64,000 nt of DNA, from the IMG/VR virus record IMGVR_UViG_2687453119_000006, positions 32,001-96,000 of that record; one strand, 5' to 3'. This document shows positions 57,465-64,000 of the stretch, one piece after another. Below the pieces are notes generated by a model, which did not search any database, was not told the DNA's origin, and saw only the letters and a list, made by a program, of their open reading frames with translations. Position 1 is the stretch's first letter. Every line of letters begins with the position of its first letter. The stretch is from a virus. Its lineage: Duplodnaviria; Caudoviricetes. The position numbers and the translations under genes were made by a program.

Positions 57465-57887
57465 ATGGAAACCATCATCTCCGCGAAGCCGCCCGACGTG
57501 CTCGCGGACAACTTCATTGTCGCCACGAACGAAGACTGGGTTCGTGAGTGGCAAATCAAGAACAGCGGCGTGATCGTCCCGATCCAGCCCGACTGGAAGC
57601 TGTACATGCAGCTGCAGCGGACATCGACCGGCGATCTCGGCGTGACGTGCTCTACCGACAATGGCCGCCTCGTGGTCGTCGATCAGGGCGCCGGCAAGTT
57701 CGGTCTCAGGCTGAAGCAGGCGGACGCCGCCCAGATCAGCCCTGCGGGCTACCAATATGACATCGTCCTCGTTGCTGGCGATGGCATCTACCGCCTGGTG
57801 ACAGGCACCATCACGGTCGACCAGGGGATCACCAACATCCCCGGCCAGGAGAAGTGGATTCACTATCCGCTGATCCTTCGACCGTAA
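57465..57887 (+). CDS. BppU/LtfC-like beta-sandwich tail adaptor
   Basis: YQYDIVL..YRLVTGTITVDQGIT. Confidence 0.65.
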   Translation: METIISAKPPDVLADNFIVATNEDWVREWQIKNSGVIVPIQPDWKLYMQLQRTSTGDLGVTCSTDNGRLVVVDQGAGKFGLRLKQADAAQISPAGYQYDIVLVAGDGIYRLVTGTITVDQGITNIPGQEKWIHYPLILRP

Positions 57888-57915
57888 CTCATCGCCAACA
57901 ACCTTCACCTCCACG

Positions 57916-57940
57916 CCGCCCCCTTCCGGGCGGTTTTTTT
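57916..57940 (+). terminator. Intrinsic terminator ending the baseplate-fibre-radical SAM unit
   Basis: CCGCCC/GGGCGG stem plus T7. Confidence 0.75.
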
Positions 57941-57954
57941 GTTTGGGAGAACCC

Positions 57955-59382
57955 ATGACTCTGCAATACCTGCACGGCATCGAGACGATCGAACTCGACA
58001 GCCCCTCCGGTCCGGTTGAGACCGTCAAGTCGAACGTGATCGGCTTGGTCGGTACCGCCCCGGACGCCGACCCGGACCTCTTCCCGCTCAACACCCCGGT
58101 TCCGGTGTTCGCTGACGCGCTTAAGGCGGGCCAGCTCAAGTCGACCGGCACGCTGCTCGACGGCGTCGACGCCATCTACAGCCAGAAGTCGGCTGTGATC
58201 GTGGTCGTCCGCGTCGCCGAAGGTGAGTCCCAGGAAGAGACCTGGTCCAACGCGGTCGGCTCGCCCTCCGGCAAGACCGGCGTCTGGTCGCTGCTCAAAT
58301 CGCGCCCGATGCTCAAGGTCATTCCGAAGCTCCTGGTCGCCCCCGGCATGACCTCGGGTCGTCCGACCAACGGCGTCAAGAACCTCGTCATCGGCGACGA
58401 CGGTGAGGACTACGTGCTCGCCAGCACGACCCTGACGATCGCTCCTCCTCCGGCCGGCGGCCGACAGGCGAAGGCGGTCCCGCAGGTTGTCGGCGGCAAG
58501 CTGACCGGCGCAATCATCACCGATCCTGGCTTCGGCTACCTCACGCCCCCGGCTGTGACGATCGGCGGCGTTGGCACTGGCGCAGCCGTGACGGCCACCC
58601 TCGGCCACGTCGCCAACCCGGTCGGCGTCTCGCTCGCCTCGATCGTTGACCGCCTGCGCGCGGTGGCGATCCTCGATGGCCCCGGCACGACCTACGAAGA
58701 TGCGATCGAGTATCGCAACGACTACGGCAGCCAGCGCATCTCGATCGTCGACCCCGGCGTCCTGAGCTGGAACACCGAGAACTCCGTCTACGTGACCAAG
58801 CCTGCCTCGGCCTACGCGGCCGGTATCCAGGCGCGCGTCGATGAGGAGAAGGGCTTCTGGTACTCGTTCTCGAACGAGCTGATCCAGAACATCGGTGGAC
58901 CCGCCCGTCCGGTCGACTTCATGCCGAACGACCGCGACTGCGAGGCGAACATCCTCAACATGAACCAGGTCACCACCATCATCCACGATGATGGCTTCCG
59001 GTTCTGGGGTCTGCGCAACACCGGGCAGGAGGCTCTCTGGGCTCAGCTGTCAGTGCGTCGCACCGCGGACATGATCTACGAGAGCCTGGAGCGCGCTGAG
59101 CGTCCGCGCCTCGACAAGCCGTTCAGCTACGCGCTGCTCGACGGCATCACCGAGGACGTGAACGCCTACCTCCGCTTGCTCAAGTCTCGCGGCGCCCTGA
59201 TCGGCGGCGAGTGCTGGATCGACAAGAACGTCAACACCCCGGCGACCTTCGCCGCTGGTGAGCTGACGGTCGACTTCGATCTGGAGCCCCCGGCCTGCTT
59301 GGAGCACCTCCAGTTCCGCGCCCGTCGCAACCCGAAATACTACAACGACTTCATCGAAGAGTTCAGCCGTCAGCTGGCGTAA
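57955..59382 (+). CDS. Tail sheath protein
   Basis: YLHGIETIE, VIGLVGTAP, GFRFWG.R, VRRTAD. Confidence 0.95.
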   Translation: MTLQYLHGIETIELDSPSGPVETVKSNVIGLVGTAPDADPDLFPLNTPVPVFADALKAGQLKSTGTLLDGVDAIYSQKSAVIVVVRVAEGESQEETWSNAVGSPSGKTGVWSLLKSRPMLKVIPKLLVAPGMTSGRPTNGVKNLVIGDDGEDYVLASTTLTIAPPPAGGRQAKAVPQVVGGKLTGAIITDPGFGYLTPPAVTIGGVGTGAAVTATLGHVANPVGVSLASIVDRLRAVAILDGPGTTYEDAIEYRNDYGSQRISIVDPGVLSWNTENSVYVTKPASAYAAGIQARVDEEKGFWYSFSNELIQNIGGPARPVDFMPNDRDCEANILNMNQVTTIIHDDGFRFWGLRNTGQEALWAQLSVRRTADMIYESLERAERPRLDKPFSYALLDGITEDVNAYLRLLKSRGALIGGECWIDKNVNTPATFAAGELTVDFDLEPPACLEHLQFRARRNPKYYNDFIEEFSRQLA

Positions 59383-59480
59383 GCGCTCTCGACGAAATCG
59401 CCCAAGCACCAACCCACAAGCCCAAGCAAGCCGATCCGGACTCCGGTCTGGGTCGGCTCTGTTTTTGGCCGGAGAATTAA

Positions 59481-60026
59481 ATGCCCACCACGACTCTGCG
59501 TGACTCCAACATCCTCCAGGACTTCACCGTCTGGATCGGTGACAACGGCAAAATCGGTGAAGCTCCCAACTTCCAGCCCCCGGAAATCAACATCAACACG
59601 GAAGAGTTCCGTGGCGGCGGCATGGACGTCACCATCGAAATCCCGATGGGTGTCGAGAAGATCGAGTTCGACTTCGAACTGCACACCTGGGACGTGGACG
59701 TCTGGAACAACCTCGGCTACGGCCCCGGTTCGATCGACGTTCCCGTCAAGTTCTACGGCTACATGCTCACTCCGGGCGGCGCCGAGAAGGGCGTGCAGAT
59801 CTACACGCGCAGCCTGATCAAGTCGATCAAGCCCAGCAAGGTCGAGCCCGGCAAGAAGGTGACGCTGAGCGTCCATCTCGTGGCGAACTACTACCGCCAG
59901 GTGGTCGACGGCCGGAAGGTCACCGAGATCGACGTCTTCAACAAGGTCACCATCATCGGTGGTGAAGACAAGACCGCGCGTGCCCGCACTCTGCTTGGCA
60001 TCGGCGGCATCTCCAGCTCGCTCTAA
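59481..60026 (+). CDS. Major tail tube protein (P2 FII-like)
   Basis: EEFRGGGMD..MGVEK, EIDVFN. Confidence 0.92.
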   Translation: MPTTTLRDSNILQDFTVWIGDNGKIGEAPNFQPPEININTEEFRGGGMDVTIEIPMGVEKIEFDFELHTWDVDVWNNLGYGPGSIDVPVKFYGYMLTPGGAEKGVQIYTRSLIKSIKPSKVEPGKKVTLSVHLVANYYRQVVDGRKVTEIDVFNKVTIIGGEDKTARARTLLGIGGISSSL

Positions 60027-60046
60027 GAGCCTGAGCTGAACTACCG

Positions 60047-60081
60047 AGGCCTCGCCAATCCCGGCGGGGCCTTTTCTTTTT
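60047..60081 (+). terminator. Intrinsic terminator
   Basis: AGGCCTCGCC/GGCGGGGCCT stem plus T-tract. Confidence 0.7.
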
Positions 60082-60106
60082 CTGACAACACAAGGTGTGC
60101 AATACC

Positions 60107-60391
60107 ATGTCTACCCCCACCCTCCAGGTTTTCAATCTCCAGTTCCCGTTCGAGTACCGCGGCGCGCAGTACATCGAGTTCAAGGCTCGCCGGCCCCGTG
60201 TGCGCGACCTCCGCAACTTCATCAAGAACGTGGACAAGGACGGCGTCGCCGCCATGGAGAAGGTTCTCGCTGACCTGTGCGAGGTCGACGAGAAGATCAT
60301 CTCCGAAATCGACATCGAGGACTTCGCTCCGATGAAGGCATGGTTCGAAGGTTTTTTGAAGCCCATGCTGAACGAATCGACCGAATCCTAA
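60107..60391 (+). CDS. Tail assembly chaperone (gpE-like)
   Basis: LQFP..RRPRVRD..EIDIEDF; between the tube and tape measure genes. Confidence 0.85.
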   Translation: MSTPTLQVFNLQFPFEYRGAQYIEFKARRPRVRDLRNFIKNVDKDGVAAMEKVLADLCEVDEKIISEIDIEDFAPMKAWFEGFLKPMLNESTES

Positions 60392-60540
60392 ACGACTCGT
60401 TCCCCATCTTCGAGCGTTTCGGTTGGACGCTCGGAGATGTCGAGGCACTGGATTGGTTCGACTTCATGCTGGTCGCTGACGGCGTCCAGGAACTGAACAA
60501 GCGCGACGCTGAGGCTCGCGCCAGAGCGGCTCAGGGCTAA
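60350..60540 (+). CDS. -1 frameshift extension of the tail chaperone (gpE'-like)
   Basis: Slippery GGTTTTTTG at 60350-60358; the -1 frame encodes FGWTLGDVEALDW. Confidence 0.75.
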
Positions 60541-60587
60541 CGCCCTGGGCCTTTTCTTTTTGATTCTACTCACCACCGGAGCGGTTG

Positions 60588-63500
60588 ATGTCGACTGAAC
60601 AGGAAATTCTCGATCTTAAGCTGAGACTATCGGCTGAAGAGCGGGATATGCAGCCGATCAAGCGCTACATGCGCGATCTGGAGCGCATGAACGAGCAGGC
60701 GAAGAAGCTCGCCAACGTCAAGCTCAGCACCAATTTTATTGACGAGGGAACGCGCCGGAAGATTCTGGGCGCGAACCAGGCGGTCGACACCCTGTCCCGC
60801 TCGATGATGGACACAGCGCGGGCGGCAAAGGCTGCCGGCAAGATGTCGCATTCTGCGTACACCACGCTGACCAACGACATCCTGGCCAACGCGGACAAGC
60901 TGTCCAGAGCCACCTCCAAGAAAGAAGAAAAGGACCTCACGACCAGGCTCCGCCGGCAGATCAAGTACGCTGACGCCTACGCGGCAGTGTTCAACTCCGC
61001 CGCCGAGAGGCGTGAACAGATCGAGACCCGTATCCGTGACCGGATCGCAAGGGCAGACGATGCGGCGGAACGCCAGCGCGAGAGGAACGTCGAGCGGACC
61101 GAGAGGGAAATCCTACGGCACCGCCAGCGCACCCAGCGCGAGCTGCTTCGAAGCCTGAAGGGCGGCTATGATGGCATGGTCGGCTTCGGCCGGAATGCCG
61201 CGCTGTATGGCGCAGCTGCTGCGGCCGGCACCGGCTACGCGGCCAAGAGCGCTCTTTCCACCCGCATGCGGATGGATACGGCCGAGACGAACATGCAGAT
61301 CTTCGGCGGCCTGACGAAAGAGCAGGTCGAGAAGATGCGCTCGTCCTGGGGTGACGCCTCGGCCATCAAGTTTGGCCTTTCGCCCGACAAGATGATGGAT
61401 GCCTTCACCGAAGTGGCGAAGGCAGGTATTCCTGACAGGATCGCCAAGGAAGTCACCGAGTCCATCATGAAGGCCTCGGTCGGCCTCGAAATGGATTCGG
61501 TCCAGACCACCAAGCTGGCCGGCGGCGCTGCCACCCTTCTGGGTGACATGAAGAACCTCGACCCGGCCAAGCTGACCTCGATCATGACGGCCATCGCGAT
61601 CGCCGCTCGAGACTCGCGTGCGGACGCGAACGAAATCGTCGCGGCCAACCGTCGCGGTAGCTCCGTGATGAGCTTGGGCATGACCATGGAGGATCTGTCG
61701 GCATTCACAGCCGGCGGCATCTCGGCGGGCTTGCAGTCCAGCAAGACCGGCACCTTCATGGACTACATGGTCTCCGAACTCGTCAACGCGAAGTTCAAGA
61801 AGGGCGCCCGCGGTACCGCTCTCGGTGCTGCGGCTACCAAGCTCGGAATGGGCGGCAAGGCCGGTCTCTCGGCCGCCGCGGTTGCGAACCCGACCGAAAC
61901 GCTCATGACCATCTTGGACAAGATGGGCGAGATGTCCGAGCAGGACCGCTCGAAGGTCGCCTACCAGATCGGCCAGCGTGAGTGGAGCGGCGAGCTGATG
62001 CAGTTCGTCCAGGTTCGCGAGAAGATCCGCGAGCTGCTCGGCGCCATCAAGGACCCGAAGAACAAGAACTACCTCGACGAAGCTTCGGAGAAGAAGCTCA
62101 AGTCGCTGAAGGGCCGCTGGAACTCGCTGATCGCTTCCTGGACTCTGCTCTGGGAAACGATGGGCGCCGGCCTCGAACAGTCCTTCAATGAGATCGTTCC
62201 GTGGCTGACGAACTGGATCGCGAAGCTCGACAAAAGCAAGATCCGCAAGGCCGTCGAGAAGGCCATGGAGGGCATCGTCAAGGGTCTCGGCTTCGACAGC
62301 TGGACCGACCTGCTGGAGAAGACTCTCGGCGATCCGGAAAAGCTCAAGGTCAACGCGGAGCTGTTCTTCAAGGTGGCCAAGGGGTTCACCGAGGGCCTGA
62401 CGAACGTCTTCACCGCCGTTGGAAAGGTGTTCACCTTCCTCGGCAAGATGTTCGGAGTCGACACCGCTGATCCGGAGGCGATGGCTCGGTTTGTCGCTGA
62501 GTTCCTCGGCTTCACGATCGCGCTGCGCTTCATTGCGCCGGTTCTCGGCACGCTGTGGACGTTGGCGGAGATCATCATCAAGATCGGCAAGGCGCTCGGC
62601 GCCGCCAAGCTCGCAAAGGGCGCGGTGGGCGCGATCGCCGGCAAGATTGGTGATGCTGGGTCTGGAGTGCTCGGCGGCGCCGGTAAGGTGCTCGGTGGCC
62701 TCGGTATCCTTCAGCTGCTGGAAGATACATTCGGCCAGGGCCAATCCAACAGCTCCGACCAGATGAAAGGTCTGATCGAAGAGCTGAAGAAGGCTCGTGA
62801 GCAGAAGGAGAAGGAGAGGGCTGGCAAGCTCGAAAAGCAGTCGAGCATCGGCGAAGAGGTGAAGCAGCTAGGCAAGAACATCGAGAAGGTCGCCTTCCGG
62901 GGCGGCCTGACCGATTTCAGTTCCGTCAACCGCGGTGGCGGCATCATGAACGCTTCCTACACCACCAGCTCAGGTGGCGGCGGAGGCGGGCTGTCTGGCA
63001 ATGTCCTTTCGGGCGCCGGCACTCCCAACGCGCTGCTAGGCAGCACGCCGGGCCAGGCTCTTCCGAACTTCGGAGTCGGGTCTGGTGGCATCATCAAACG
63101 TGATGGCATCCCGTCGTTCAGCGGCGGTGGTGGCAGCTCGACGAGCGGCAGCGTGCCGAGCGTTGGCAGCAGCGTGCCGAGCATTGGTGGAGCACCGGCC
63201 GGCGGGCCCGCCGATATGAGTGTCGGCCAGGGTCTCAGTGGCAATGCGTTCCTCCAAGCGCGCCGCGCCAGGTTCGCTGAGGAACTCAAGAACGATCCGA
63301 ACCTGAGGCTTCACCTTGCGGCTATGCAGGCCACCGAGGGCGCCAGCAGGGGCGGTACGATCGAAAGCCTCATGAACCGTGCAGACATGCAGGGCAAGAC
63401 GATGCGGCAGATGCTCGGCTTCTCCGCCGATGGCGTTCGCAGCACCGACAAGTACGGTAGGCAGAACAGCTTCTACGGTCCCATCCGTCGAGGTGAGATC

Positions 63501-64000
63501 TATGGGGCAATCCGCAGGTTGCAGGCCAACCCGGCGGAGTTCGCGAAGTACGACGCCCTTACCAACCGCGCTCTCGCAGGCAGCCACACCATCGGTGGAT
63601 ATACCGACCAAGGATTGCCTACCGATCCCAACGGATCGGCGAGAACCGGTATCCCTGGGCTCAGGCTCAGAGGTCCGAACGGCAAGTTGGACGGCAACGA
63701 GTTCACCGACTGGGTTGGTCCCGGATCGAGCTGGGGTCGCGGTCGTGCTGGCGCGATCAACTACCGCAGGTTCATCGAGCAGGGCATCGCCGGCAGCGGC
63801 GACGCTCCGATCGGCTCAGTTCCGACGCCCAGCTCGATCACGAGTAAGGTGCCTGAGGTGCCGGCCGGTCAGACGCTCGGACCCGGAATGATGCGAGGCG
63901 GCTTCGGTCCCGCGACCATCAACATCAATGGCAACAGCCACGATCCGGAATCTCTGGCGAACCTCGTGCAGCGTCGCATCGACGAGTCGATGCAGTGGCG
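60588..64000 (+). CDS. Tape measure protein (runs off the window end)
   Basis: ATG 60588 after GGAG; MSTEQEILDLKLRL.., long helical Ala/Gly/Lys-rich frame; absent from the ORF track, consistent with no stop in the window. Confidence 0.88.
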   Translation, partial: MSTEQEILDLKLRLSAEERDMQPIKRYMRDLERMNEQAKKLANVKLSTNFIDEGTRRKILGANQAVDTLSRSMMDTARAAKAAGKMSHSAYTTLTNDILANADKLSRATSKKEEKDLTTRLRRQIKYADAYAAVFNSAAERREQIETRIRDRIARADDAAERQRERNVERTEREILRHRQRTQRELLRSLKGGYDGMVGFGRNAALYGAAAAAGTGYAAKSALSTRMRMDTAETNMQIFGGLTKEQVEKMRSSWGDASAIKFGLSPDKMMDAFTEVAKAGIPDRIAKEVTESIMKASVGLEMDSVQTTKLAGGAATLLGDMKNLDPAKLTSIMTAIAIAARDSRADANEIVAANRRGSSVMSLGMTMEDLSAFTAGGISAGLQSSKTGTFMDYMVSELVNAKFKKGARGTALGAAATKLGMGGKAGLSAAAVANPTETLMTILDKMGEMSEQDRSKVAYQIGQREWSGELMQFVQVREKIRELLGAIKDPKNKNYLDEASEKKLKSLKGRWNSLIASWTLLWETMGAGLEQSFNEIVPWLTNWIAKLDKSKIRKAVEKAMEGIVKGLGFDSWTDLLEKTLGDPEKLKVNAELFFKVAKGFTEGLTNVFTAVGKVFTFLGKMFGVDTADPEAMARFVAEFLGFTIALRFIAPVLGTLWTLAEIIIKIGKALGAAKLAKGAVGAIAGKIGDAGSGVLGGAGKVLGGLGILQLLEDTFGQGQSNSSDQMKGLIEELKKAREQKEKERAGKLEKQSSIGEEVKQLGKNIEKVAFRGGLTDFSSVNRGGGIMNASYTTSSGGGGGGLSGNVLSGAGTPNALLGSTPGQALPNFGVGSGGIIKRDGIPSFSGGGGSSTSGSVPSVGSSVPSIGGAPAGGPADMSVGQGLSGNAFLQARRARFAEELKNDPNLRLHLAAMQATEGASRGGTIESLMNRADMQGKTMRQMLGFSADGVRSTDKYGRQNSFYGPIRRGEIYGAIRRLQANPAEFAKYDALTNRALAGSHTIGGYTDQGLPTDPNGSARTGIPGLRLRGPNGKLDGNEFTDWVGPGSSWGRGRAGAINYRRFIEQGIAGSGDAPIGSVPTPSSITSKVPEVPAGQTLGPGMMRGGFGPATININGNSHDPESLANLVQRRIDESMQW

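Larger units (their letters stand above)
1..64000. mobile_element. Large myovirus-type phage/prophage genome segment (both ends outside the window)
   Basis: Head-neck-baseplate-sheath-tube-tape measure module, terminase, three tRNAs and dense arrays of small hypothetical ORFs; no integrase or host housekeeping gene seen. Confidence 0.93.

Noticed and set aside
52031-57887. Diversity-generating retroelement acting on the fibre genes
   Set aside because: No reverse transcriptase and no TR/VR repeat pair seen

Overview
The window is a ~64 kb piece of a large contractile-tailed (myovirus-type) phage or prophage genome. Small accessory genes suggest a Bradyrhizobium-like alphaproteobacterial host (inference). 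Layout: (i) 1-19 kb, a leftward array of ~45 short, mostly hypothetical genes, plus an AIPR gene, an HD-domain small alarmone hydrolase-like gene and a ~600-nt structured non-coding gap; (ii) 19-25.4 kb, a host-like accessory block (ATP-dependent ligase domain, IS and PilZ remnants) ending in a candidate origin; (iii) 25.6-36 kb, rightward small genes, an SGNH esterase, tRNA(CAT), a collagen-like fibre module, a holin-like gene and a thioredoxin; (iv) 36-64 kb, morphogenesis genes (TerS, tRNA-Cys, TerL, portal, tRNA-Asn, scaffold, capsid, neck, P2/Mu-like baseplate, tail fibre, sheath, tube, frameshifted chaperone, tape measure running off the edge). The most striking observation is a RiPP-like modification cassette between the tail fibre and sheath genes: a 77-aa fibre-tip-like protein ending in NCACACACACGK, followed by cupin-like, GNAT-like, radical SAM/SPASM and Asp/Asn-hydroxylase-like genes. 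A 16-bp TTTGC-N6-GCAAA palindrome recurs at least 11 times, mostly between genes. All calls come from reading motifs by eye; no database searches were run.
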